Assembly (NCBI GenBank): GCA_030390025.1 | Contig: CM059432.1 | Span: 116,748,001 to 116,812,000 of the forward strand | Direction: 5' to 3' | From: Squalus acanthias | Lineage: Eukaryota | DNA: 64,000 bases | In this document: one piece after another, positions 14,442 to 25,760 of the stretch | Layout of the letters: the number at the start of each line of letters is the position of its first letter | How positions within the stretch are numbered: the first letter of the stretch is position 1 | The notes under the pieces: generated by a model | What the model was told of the DNA's origin: nothing | Database searches by the model: none | The model's input: the letters and a program-made list of their open reading frames with translations, nothing else | Position numbers and translations under genes: made by a program

Positions 14442-14860
14442 AGCTGTGGCTCAGTGCATAGCACTCTCGCCTCTGAAGGTTGTGGGTTCAAGTCCCGCTC
14501 CCAAGACTTGAGCACAAAAATCCAGGCTGACACTCCAGTGCCATCTTTCGGATGAGACATTAAACCGAGGCCCCGTCTGCTCTCTCAGGTGGACGTAAAA
14601 GATCCCATGGCCCTATTTCAAAGAAGAGCAGGGGAGTTATCCCTGGTGTCCTGGCCAATATTTATCCCTCAATCAACATCGCTAAAAAACAGATTATTGG
14701 GTCATTACCACATTGCTGTTTGTGGGAGCTTGCTGTGCGTAAATTGGCTGCCGTGTTTCCTACATTACAACAGTGACTACACTTCAAAAGTACTTCACTG
14801 GCTGTAAAGCACTTTGGGATGTCCAGTGCTCATGAAAGGCGCTATATAAATGCAAGTATT
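14442..14860 (+). mobile_element. tRNA-derived DeuSINE-like SINE (SacSINE1-type) with L2-like tail
   Basis: A-box TGGCTCAGTG and B-box GGTTCAAGTCC; Deu-like core (CTTTCGGATGAGAC..TAAACCGAGG..AAAGATCCCATGGC..GGTGTCCTGGCCAA); tail AAAGGCGCTATATAAATGCAAGT. Confidence 0.8.
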
Positions 14861-15019
14861 TCTTTTTTTTTCTTTTACAGAGAAAAACCTTCCAAATTTG
14901 CTGTGCAGCAGAGACCAGCAGGACACTATGTCAATAGTGCATTTTCTTGGGCTTCAGATTGGCTCCCAGGCTGGTCTGAAATTCCAATCCCTATTAGCGC
15001 AAATGGTTAGACAGGGTCA

Positions 15020-15952
15020 AGGACAGAATCCTTGACCCTGGCTAAAGTTAAGAAATAATAGAGGTGCCATTACACTACTAGGTGTATTCTATAAGCCACC
15101 AACTAGTGGGAAAAATATGGAGGAGCAAATTTGCAGGGAAATTACAGAGAGATGCAAGAACTATAGAGTAGCAATAATGGGGGACTTCAATTATCCTACT
15201 GTAGACTGGGATAGTAATAGTGTAAAGGGCAGGGAGGGAGAAGAATTTCTTAAGTGTGTTCAGGAGAACTTTCTTGATCAGTATGTTTCCAGCCCAACGA
15301 GGAAGGAGGCATTGCTGGATCTGGTTCTGGTTCTGGGAAATGAGGTGGGTCAAGTGGAGCAAGTGTCAGTAGGTGAACATTTAGGGAACAGTGATCATAG
15401 TATCATTAGGTTTAGATTAGCTATGGAAAAGGACAGGGAGCAATCTAGAGTAAAAATACATAATTGGAGGAAGGCAAATTTCAGTGGGTTGAGAACGGCT
15501 CTGGCCCGGGTAAATTGGAATCAAAGATTGGCAGGCAAAACTGAAGTGGAACAATGGGCTGCCTTTAAAGAGGAAATAGTTCGGGTACAGTCGAGGTACA
15601 TTCCCACTAGGGGAAGAGGTAAGGCAACTAAAGTCAGAGATTCCTGGATGACGAAATAGATAGAGAGTAAGATGAAGCAGAAAAAGAGCGCGTATGACAG
15701 ATGTCAGGTCGAGAATACATCTGAAAATCAGGCTAAATATAGAAAGTTCAGAGGAGAAGTGAAAAAGAAAATAAGAGGGGCGAAGAGAGGGTATGAGAAT
15801 AGAATGGCAGCTAACATAAAAGGTAATCCAAAAGTCTTCTGTAGGCATATAAATAGTAAATGGGTAGTAAGGGGGGGGGGGGGGCAATTAGGGATCAAAA
15901 AGGAGACCTACGCATGGAGGCAGAGGGTATGGCTGAGGTACTAAATGAATAC
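15020..15952 (+). mobile_element. CR1 ORF2 endonuclease-region fragment
   Basis: ORF 15117-15659 has APE endonuclease motifs (MGDFN, PTR..LDLV, LGNSDH) and continues past a stop into ORF 15672-15944. Confidence 0.85.
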
Positions 15953-16631
15953 AAAGAGATTGAGACAATTGTAACCTAGTTCGTCGTCCACAACATGAAA
16001 CTGCCAAAACATACACAAATCAGACCTAAATTGACAATATCTCTAAGAAAGACCACAAGGACAGCTAGTGGACATAGAAAAGTTTATACTTGTAAATTAG
16101 GGAGGTTTATTTGAGTTTGGGGTTAAGAGACATTTTTGGGACAGAGTTGAGGGATCTGTGCAGTAATGCCTAGCTGTCACTGAAGATCTCTTCATAGGCG
16201 CTCCTAGTCATCATCCAGCACCTGTTGATTCATGAATTGCTGACTGAAAGCTTCCTTTGCTATTATGCAGAGAATTGAACTGACAGATTCAGGGATGAGG
16301 TGAAATGAACATTAATTTTCAATATCTCTTCTAAATTCTTTTTCAACCTTGACTAGATTGGTGAGGAATTTACATTGAAAATGCATCCACTTTCCTTACT
16401 TTCATTTTTGATTAACTCAATCCCATTTCAGTTCACTCTGGAAATTGCAGTTTACATTGCCAGGGGAAAAAAAAATCAACATACCACATAATCAATGAGA
16501 CAATAATACCACAATCAATGTGGTAGAGACAATAATGTCATAATCAACGAAGTAATGAAAAGGGAATAACGTATCTAATCATGAGTTAGGAAAGGGATGA
16601 CCATAAAAAGTATGAGTTGCCCTAAAGAAAA

Positions 16632-18203
16632 AAGAAAGACTTGCATTTATATAGCGCCTTTCACAACCACCGGACGTCCCAAAGCCCTTGACAGCCAATG
16701 AAGTGCTTTTTGATTGGCGGCAGCCAATTTGCACACAGCAAGGTCCCACAAACAGCAAGGTGACAATGACCAGATAATCTGTTTCAGTGATGTTGATTGA
16801 GGGATAAATATTGGCCAGGACACCGAGGATAACTCCTCAGTTCTTCTTTGAAACAGTGCCATAGGATCTTTTATGTCCACCTGAGAGAGAGCAGACGGGG
16901 CCTCGGTTTAGGGTCTCATCTCAAGACGGCACCTCCGACACTGCAGCACTCCCTCAGCACTGCACTGGAGAGTCAGCCTAGATTTTTGTGCTCAAGTCTG
17001 TGGAGTGGGACTCTGAACATAGAAACATAGAAGATAGGAGCAAGAGTAGGCCATTCGGCCCCTCGAGCCTGCTCCGCCATTTAATGAGATCATGGCTGAT
17101 CATCCAAATTCAGTACCCTGTCCCTGCCTTTTCCCCATATCCCTTGATCCCTTTAGCCTTAAGAAATATATCTAACTCCTTCTTGAATATATTTAATGAA
17201 TTGGCCTCCACTGCCTTCTGTGGTAGAGAATTCCACAGGTTCACCACTCTCTGGGTGAAGAAATTCCTCCTCATCTCTGTCCTAAATAGCTTACCCCTTA
17301 TCTTTAGACTGTGACCCCTGGTTCTGGACTCCCCGACCATCGGGAACATCCTTCCTGCAACTAGTCTGTCCAGTCCTGTTAGAATTTTATAAGTTTCAAT
17401 GAGATCCCCTCTCATTCTTCTAAACTCCAGCGAGTATAAGCCCAATCGACCCAATCTCTCCTCATACGTCATTCCTGCCATCCCAGGTATCAGCCTGGTG
17501 AATCTTCGCTGCACTCCCTCCATGGCAAGAACATCCTTCCTCAGATAAGGCGACCAAAACTGCACACAATACTCAAGGTGTGGTCTCACCAAGGCCCTGT
17601 ACAACTGCAGCAAGACATCCTTGTTCCTGTACTCAAACCCTCTCGCTACGAAGGCCAACATACCATTTGCCTTCTTAACCGCCTGCTGCACCTGCATGCT
17701 TACCTTCAGCGACTGGTGCACAAGGACACCCAGGTCTCGTTGCACTTCTCCTTCTCCCAATCTATTGCCATTCAGATAATAATCTGCCTTCCTGTTTTTG
17801 CCACCAAAGTGGATAACCTCGCATTTATCCACATTATAATGCATCTGCCATGCTTCTGCCCAATCACCCAACCTGTCCAAATCATACTGGAGTTTTTCTG
17901 CATCCTCCTCACAGCACACACGCCCACCCAGCTTTGTGTCATCTGCAAACTTGGAGATATTACATCTAGTTCCCTCGCCTAGATCATTAATATATATTGT
18001 GATTAACTAGGGTCCTAGCACCGATCCCTGCGGTACCCCACTAGTCACTGCCTGCCACTCGGAAAAAGACCCGTTTATTCCAACTCTTTGCCTTCTGTCT
18101 GCCAACCAGTTCGCTGTCCAAGTCAATACCTTGCCCCCAATCCCATGTGCCCACAACCTCTGACTCAGAGGCGAGGATGCTATCCACTAAGCCACGGCTG
18201 ACA
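16632..18203 (-). mobile_element. DeuSINE-like SINE split by a CR1 insertion (pieces ~16632-17017 and ~18150-18203)
   Basis: Reverse complement of the 14442 family. The tRNA head is interrupted at the B-box and resumes at CCACAACCTCTGACTCAGAGG. Confidence 0.8.
17016..18150 (-). mobile_element. Young 5'-truncated CR1 (HER1-like) LINE
   Basis: Uninterrupted 269-aa ORF 17110-17919 (CR1 ORF2 C-terminus), very similar to the 42398-45223 ORF; (TTTCTATG)n tail at 17016-17032. Confidence 0.93.
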
Positions 18204-19128
18204 ATGTAGAAGATTTGCAATGAACTTTATGTTGAAATTTTCTCCTTTAAATACCTTTAGATTTAATTAATAAATGAGATTTGATTTTCCAGAGAATGGA
18301 CCTGGCCCATGGTATTTTACAATGCAGCTAATGTATTTGTATATGCGTTTGATCCGGATTAGTTTTAAACTTGCTTCACTGTGAAATGTTTCCAACATGC
18401 GTCTCCAGGAAGTCTTTAGTGGGATGAGAAAATAAAAGATCAGGTGTGGTGTACTGATTAAAAGTCGACTGAGAGCACTGTTGTGCTAGTCAATGTTTCA
18501 AGTTCAGCAGGGGCTGCTGTTCCCAGCAATGAAGCCAGAGGAAAGCAAATCCAAAAACAGACAAGCTGGAGAAAATTCAAACCAGGCTCCTGCACCAAGA
18601 TGACAGGAAAATTTACTTGCAACAGAGTAAATAGTAATTACTTGGACGTACACTGAAACTTAAAGCTTAGCTTGTGTCTTTACAATTTATAGATTCTACC
18701 ACTACCTTTTAATCACATCCAAGCATCCATTATTTACTATATAATAGCTGCAATCTACAGTTCCTTTAATGTCAGTAATCATGGTGCCAAGGGCAGTATT
18801 TTCTTCCTTCATCTGGGATTGTCTACTCTCAACAGTGGGTTTCTACATTCACTGTTTCTCTATTTTTCAGCTGGTTCTTCTTTTCTCTTTGGCTCCTTCT
18901 CACTTTACTGAAACATTCTACAGGCAGTTTAAGCATACAGAGTGCCCAAAATGGGAGCAGTCAGGAGACGTTATTGAACTAAATGGTGTGGAAATCTTTC
19001 TACATGTGCCAAATATGAGCAAACCGTGGGTTATTGAAAGATTCTGAGAGAAATAACTCCTGCTGCTTTACCCACTATATTGCTGTTTTCATTCTGGCAA
19101 AAAACTGTGGGAATACTTTCCTATACAT

Positions 19129-19862
19129 TGGCCCCAAAATTAGTCTTAGTACGCGAGAGTACGCACTGTGTACTCTCGCGTATTCTGTCTCCAATTGCCG
19201 GTTTTCTGCATGCACTGCGCATGCGCTGAAAACCGGCACTTGGTGAACTCAAAAGGGGGCGGTTCCTAAGTGAACCGCGTGCGCGCTACAGGCAGTGCAC
19301 TTAGTGCTTTGAACGCGCAGGTAAGCATGGAAGATTTTGCACATAAAGAAAGGAGGCGTAAGACCCTCTTTTAACAAGGTAAGTAGTTAATTAAGTATTA
19401 TTTTAATTTTTTTTCAACAGGTTTATCTTTTTTAGAGACTTTAAAGAAAGGTAAGTTTATTTTTATAACTTTTAAAAGATTTTAAATTTTTTCAAAAATT
19501 TAATTTTTTGTTTAAAGTGGTTAATTTATTTAACTATACTTATTTTATTAATGTGATGGTTTTTTTTTAAATTTAATTGAGGTTTAGCTGTTCTTTTGGG
19601 GGGGGTATAGTTTCATAGCTTTGACAGCCCTTGCTGTCAAAACTATGAATGAAAGATGGTGTGCTGCCATTGGCTCTAACTGAATCACGTGATCCCACAG
19701 CTCGCACGAATTAACTGCGTCTGTGGGATACGCACACACTGCACAGCTGCAGCCTTGAAACTAAAGTTCGTGTGAGCTCGGAAGGAAAAGGCAGGCGCGC
19801 AGTGAGATATCGCGGGGAAGCCTTACCCCCGCAGGAAGGCTCCGTCTTTAATTTCTGGGCCA
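19129..19862. mobile_element. Harbinger-like MITE (GGCCCAGAAATT-TIR family)
   Basis: TIRs TGGCCCCAAAATTA / TAATTTCTGGGCCA; GC-rich ends and AT-rich core homologous to 33698-35318 and 34179-35035. Confidence 0.75.
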
Positions 19863-20589
19863 GTGTGTCAGTCGATGATAATGGAATAGCACTAAATCCT
19901 CTAACTCAATGGTGTACTGTAATTACTGCCAGAATAGCACTGGGAGGTATGCAGCCCAGCAAGGTCTAGGGTCTCTAGAATGCAAACAGGCTGCAAATGA
20001 AATTCTGGAGCTAGTCAAAACACTTGAGTACCTCCACATGGAGATCATCTAAAAGGAGGCACCTGAAACAAAGTGGGAGCAGTAACAGCTAGCACCATTG
20101 CAAAACGCCTGAGACCAATCATACAACACCCAATTTATTCAATAAGTGTTATACTCCTGAGGGCTGCTTTATGAATGCAGGTTCCCGGTGGGAGCCTAAT
20201 GCACCAAGTGTATATATCAGGAAATTGCAGGCATGCTCCCCATCCATTAGATTTCTCACCAATGAGGCTCTGCACCAGGAGTGTGATTTTGTAAAATTGG
20301 CAAATAGGATACATCCATTCCGTAGCGAATGTCTTTGTGATTGTGCAGAATAATGTAGCACAACAGCAAAAGATGGACATTGATAATGGTGGAAGAAATG
20401 CTAAGGGTATTTATACTAATGTTTTTGTGCCAGTTTCTTTGAGATGTGTAGACAGTAGGGGTCATTCAAAGGGCAGCTCAGTCTGCTAAATGCATTTTGG
20501 ATAAGTGCCTGGCTTGCCAGTCTTCCAACCTGCACGAATGTTTCTGCAGTTACTTCTTCATTGTCGGTGTCTACTGGTTACTCTGGTCT

Positions 20590-21534
20590 TGATTCCATAT
20601 TGATGTCATCCTCCTCCTTCATGGTTATCACTCTTTGTACAGGAAAACTGTGGAGAATAACAACAGTGTTCTTGGACACCCCAGGGGTCTGTACTGTAAG
20701 ACAGCCCCTGATTTGTGCAAAATCTGAAGTCCTGTTTCAAGTTGGCAGCAGTATGAACAATAATGATCCTGGTGGTATTATGGACCTCAGTCCATCTGTG
20801 CTCTGCTTTGCTTATTGCTGACACATGGGTTTCATTAGCAAGGGCTAAATATGGTAGTCTTTGTTTCCATGGAGTCATCCTTCGTCTGTCTTCACTGTCA
20901 AATAAGCCTGGCACAGATGACTTGCATGATACAGTGTTTTGGTCAATGATCATTGCACACTGATGGGTGCAACTTCTTTCTGTTCATGACGTTGTGTTGA
21001 GGGGTCTGGATGGTTTCATGAGTGCCTTCAGAGACTTAGGGAAATTCAGCAATTTGTGAAATTGGGCATCTCTATTACAGAATTGTTGCTGTTCAGTGCA
21101 AAAGGGGATGAAAGTGTTGGCCTTGCTGAACAATCCATCAATCCCTGCTAGATGCAGTTGTGGGCAACAAGTAGGCTGATCCTGTAGATCACCCTTGCAG
21201 TAGCCTAAAAGGAGCCAAAGGCACAAAAGTTGAGGGCAGAGATGACATTGACTGCCACTACGATGGAGATTGTCTGCAGGTCTCCTTAAACAGAAGGCCA
21301 CAGCTCTGTAACTACTTCCTTGCTCAACCTGAACTTGTGGATGCAGTTCTTCTCTGTCATTGCCAGGTAGTTGTGCCAGGGCCTATAGATGCAGTTGGCG
21401 ACATAATAGTGTGGTGCGAGCAGAATGGCTCTGGTGTCATCTGTCATCCCTGACATGCCATCTTTGTTCTTCTTCGTCTTCTTGCGTGAGATCCTGTGAT
21501 GGGAAGTATTGAAAGCAATTCCCATAGCTCCCAA
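20590..21534 (-). pseudogene. Fossil PIF/Harbinger transposase
   Basis: Frameshifted pieces MGAMG...IYRPWHNYLAMTEKNCIHKFRLSKEVVTEL and EVHNTTRIIIVHTAANLKQDFRFC match the N- and C-terminal motifs of the transposase at 38677-39840. Confidence 0.8.
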
Positions 21535-22134
21535 TGGAATGGCAAGAAAAAAAAATAACTCTGCACCTTTTAAGCTTAGGACTGGGCAGAATAGGGCGAG
21601 AATACAGGGAAATTGTGGGCTCCATCAATGCTCTAATTTGAATCATATTTGACTGCCTAATGAAGTTCTTGTACCTCCTGTGCAATCAGAGCACCACTAG
21701 CGGACAACCAGGTCAATAATCTTGCACAAAGCAGGTGAGGAAATGTCAAGTTCCATAATTTGAGATTTTCTGACCTCCACTTGCCCCGTTCCAGTACTTT
21801 TGCTGGCAGCAATTAATATTACGCTGATATAATTTCAGCAGCAGCCCTATTTTCTTTTGCATTTGGAAAGGAAGTCTGAAATGGCAAAGTGATAAGAGAA
21901 AAGCAAGGAGATTACAATATTAAGATTAAAATGGCCCCCGGCAATCTTGGAAAATCTCTGAAACCATTGAAATGGGCAGGAGAACAAAACACTAGATTAG
22001 CGTGGTTTGCTGTTTTCTAATCTGGATGACTGTGAGAAGCCAATTTTCCTATTAAATATAGGACAGACCTGAGATTGCTGAACTCTAATTGTGCTTTTGC
22101 ACTGCAAGGGGAAAGGGTTATTGTGCAGTGACTG

Positions 22135-22556
22135 ACAACAACAACAACTTGTATTTATATAGCGCCTTTAACGTAGTAAAACATCCCAAGGCGCTTCACA
22201 GGAGTATTATAAGACAAAAATTTGACACCGAGCCACATAAGGAGAAATCAGGGCAGCTTGGTCAAAGTGGTAGGTTTTAAGGAGCGTCTTAAAGGAGGAA
22301 AGAGAGTGAAAGAGGTGGAGAAGTTCAGGCAGGGAATTCCAGAGCTTAGGGCCTAGGCAACAAAAGGCACGGCCACCAAAGGTTGAGCGATTATAATCAG
22401 AGATGCTCAAGAGGGCAGAATTAGAGGAGCGCAGATATCTCGGGGGGTTGTGGGGCTGGAGGAGGTTACAGAGATAGAGAGGGGCGAGGCCATGGAGAGA
22501 TTTGAAAACAAAGATGAGAATTTTTAAATTGAGGCGTTGCTTAACCAGGAGCCAAT
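22135..22556 (-). mobile_element. L2-clade LINE 3' fragment
   Basis: GGRAFCCLGPKLWNSLP...SSFKTLLKT (ORF 22207-22410) and a (TTG)n tail after AAAGGCGCTATATAAATACAAG. Confidence 0.85.
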
Positions 22557-23043
22557 ATATATTTCAATCCTGAACATAATCACATAGATTTTAACTCAGC
22601 ATTATGCTATCAATTTCCTGTCCATTGGCAATTTTATTTGGAAGTTGATAACACTACCTTTAACAGTTTGATAAATTCAAAGCAATTTTTGACATGACTG
22701 AAAGACCTGAGCACTGCAAATACTTTGCACCAAGTGCAGGTCCTGTCTATGTGACCCAGAGTGCTGCCTTAGGTAGAAGTTTGCATTCTCATATGCAGTT
22801 ATCCAGTCAGGTTCCTGCAGCCTGTGTCACAAAATGAAGCCTATGGAGAACAGCATGGCTTTGGGTGATTTGATTTTTGTCATCCACTAATACTTTAATT
22901 TTACTCCAGTTCTATGACAAGCTAAATGACAGAATTTTACAGTGTAGTTTTGTTGTAACACTGAAGTGCTTCAAACAGTAAATGTTTTTAAAGGTTCTTT
23001 TAATCATAAATCAGCATGATATATTTTTGTATTAGAAAAAGAA

Positions 23044-23440
23044 GAAAGATTTGCATTTATACAGCACCTTTCATGACCTCACGATGTGTAAAAGCACTTC
23101 ACAGCCAATGAAGTACTTTTGAAGTGTAGTCACTGTTGTAATGTATGAAACACGGCAGTAGAATTGTACACAGCAAGCTCCCATTAGCAGCAATGAGATA
23201 AATGACCAGATAGCCGTTTTAGTAATTTTGGTTGAGGGATAAATGCTGGTCTGGGCACCTCCCCTGCTCTTCATCAAATAGTGCCATGGGATCTTTGACA
23301 TATCCTGAGAAGGTAGTTGGAGACTCAGTTTAACATTCACCTGAGAGACGGAACCTCTGACAATGCAGCACGGAAGTGTCAGCTGGAATCTCTGGAGTGG
23401 CGCCTGAACCCTGAGTTGGGACCACTGAGTCAAGGCTAAC
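23044..23440 (-). mobile_element. Degraded DeuSINE-like SINE
   Basis: Reverse-complement similarity to the 14442 family, including the tail and the GTGCCATGGGATCTTT core. Confidence 0.7.
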
Positions 23441-23884
23441 GCCTGCATGTAGGTATCTGAATGTACTGTAGAAATTTTAAAAAAACTGCAAGATTTCCAA
23501 AACTGGAAAACACACATATGTAAAAACCAAAAATGGACAATGGTCAAAGGTTAGTCTTCTAGCAGCGCATCTACTGTAAGGAAGTGCTAGCAGATCAAAC
23601 CCACAGCTCAATCCACTCTCAAAACTATAACCAATTAAGAACTGAATTCTTCCAGTCCTCTTTTCATCTTTCATATCACCAACACCACTACCTGATCACA
23701 GCACAAAAGATAGCAAATAAAGACAGTGCGTGAAGAAATGATTGGTTAGTTACATTGAGAAATTTCTCCACAACCTTTCAATTCATTTGCAATGACATAA
23801 TTCCCTATTCATATCATTACCATGGGCTTAATTTTAATCTGCAGGAGCGCGTGGGTTTGGGTGCGGGTGGGGTGTTAACGTCAG

Positions 23885-24020
23885 ACTTCTGATGAAAGGT
23901 CATCGACCTGAAACGTTAACTCTGTTTCTCTCTCCACGGATGCTGCCTGACCAGCTGAGTATTTCCAGCATTTTCTGGTTTTATTTCATATTTCCAGCAT
24001 CCGCAGTATCTTGCTTTTGT
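23885..24020 (+). mobile_element. Short Penelope-type repeat with a minimal type I hammerhead ribozyme motif (23885-23921)
   Basis: CTGATGA-A-AGGTC ATC GACCT-GAAA-CG-TT-AACT. A second copy lies at 63340-63478 on the minus strand. Confidence 0.7.
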
Positions 24021-24919
24021 CCAATTCCTTCAACTTGCATCTTTGGATTGTCCCTTTAAATACTGGAGTTAAGATCGCGTCACACGGGTGCACATCACGC
24101 CCACTGCTGCTGATTGGATGGGAAACCCAGAAGTAAAATGATAATGAGGTGGCTGAGTTAAAAGCCACCGACAGACACGCTGAACTTCCGGGTTTCCCAC
24201 GCACTATCAGTCCTTCCCCTCACCCCCCACCTCACCCACCCCCCACCCCCGCTCCCCCTCCTCCGCTGCCAGCGCGTCCCAAACTTAAAATCGGGGCTTA
24301 TATTTCTGTTGAATTCACATTAATCAATGACAAAAAAAATAATAAAATAGACAAAAATAAAATTTCAGTTTATGGTGAAATCTGGACTGTTCATACCCTG
24401 CAGCTCAAGGGTTTCAGCCCTGCTGCTGGCTCACATTCCATGTGTCAGAAAAAGATAACAGAAGTTTAGCGTTTGCTGGTAGGAAGCTATATGGTGACAA
24501 GATCTTCGGAGAACCCAGCTCCTGCCATTTGTAAGCCCCGTTATTATTCTGAATGGATACCAGATTTGCTTTGATCTTGAAGCTCGGCAGCAACAGAAAG
24601 CTAAGGTACAACCTCAACTGTTGAAAAAAATGTTCCTGCCAGAGAGTGTATGAAGATTGGATTCATTAATAAGATTTCCCTCATGCACCCCTGGCCCCAC
24701 CCCTCCCCACTAGAAATACATGGTGTGGTGCTGCTTGCTTCCTGCTCTGTGCTATGTGAGCTGATCTCAGTCAAGGCACTAGTTGGGATGCTACAGTTGT
24801 CCAATGTGTCCCTGAGCTGGGGAGGGGGGGAAATCAGTCAGGATCTTGCTCCAAATCGCTATTCTTTAACCTCCCTGCTGGAAAATACATATGTATGGTG
24901 CAGGAGAGGATCAGGATTG

Positions 24920-25760
24920 TGTCAAACCTTGGTTAGACCACACTTAGAGTATTGTGTACAATTCTGGTCGCCATATTATAAAAAGGATATAGAGGCACTG
25001 GAAAGGGTGCATAGAAGATTTACAAGGATGATACCAGAAATGCGAGGGTATACCTATCAAGAAAGGATGAACAGGCTGGGTCTCTTTTAACATAGAAACA
25101 TAGAATCTAGGAGCAGGAGTAGGCCATTCGGCCCGTCGAGCCTGCTCCGCCATTCAATACGATCATGGCTGATCATCCAAATCCAGTACCCTGTCCCTGC
25201 TTTAATCCCCACAGTACACATATCCCACCCTACCCCCGTAACCCCACGTATTTAATTCCCCCTAACATATCCCATCCTATCCCCATAACCCCACATATTT
25301 AATCCCCCCTAACACTAAGGGTCAATTTATCATAGCCAAATCAACCTAACCCACACATTTTTGGATCTCTTGAAAAGAGAAGGCTTAGGGGTGACCTAAT
25401 AGAGGTATTTAAAATTATGAAAGGCTTTGATAGAGTGGATGCAGAGAGAATGTTTCCACTTGTGGGGAAGAGCATAACTAGAGGCCATCAATATAAGATA
25501 GTCACCAAGAAATCAAATAGGGAATTCAGAAGAAACTTCTTTACTCAGAGAGTGGTGAGAATGTGGAACTCGCTACCACAGGGAGTGGTTGAAGCAAATA
25601 GTATAGATGCATTTAAGGGGAGGCTGGATAAGCATATCAGGGAGAAGGGAATAGAGTGTGATGCTGATAGGGTTAGATGAGGAAAGACGGGATGAGGCTC
25701 GAGTGGAGCATAAACTGGTTGGACCGAATGGCCTGTTTCAGTGCTGTATATCCTATGTAA
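24920..25760 (+). mobile_element. CR1 3' fragment interrupted at 25089-25364
   Basis: LVRPHLEYCVQFWSP...RLGLF resumes after the insert as SLEKRRLRGDLIEVFK...RRNFFTQRVV. Confidence 0.88.
25089..25364 (-). mobile_element. 5'-truncated V-SINE-like (HE1-type) element with CR1-derived 3' tail
   Basis: The CR1 3' tail (AACATAGAAACATAGAA..GAGTAGGCCATTCGGCCC) is joined to a V-domain-like segment CAATTTATCATAGCCAAATCAACCTAACCCACACATTTTTGGA. Confidence 0.6.

Noticed and set aside
24440..24610. Possible coding exon ending AAG|GTAC
   Set aside because: Stops in each frame and no recognisable homology.
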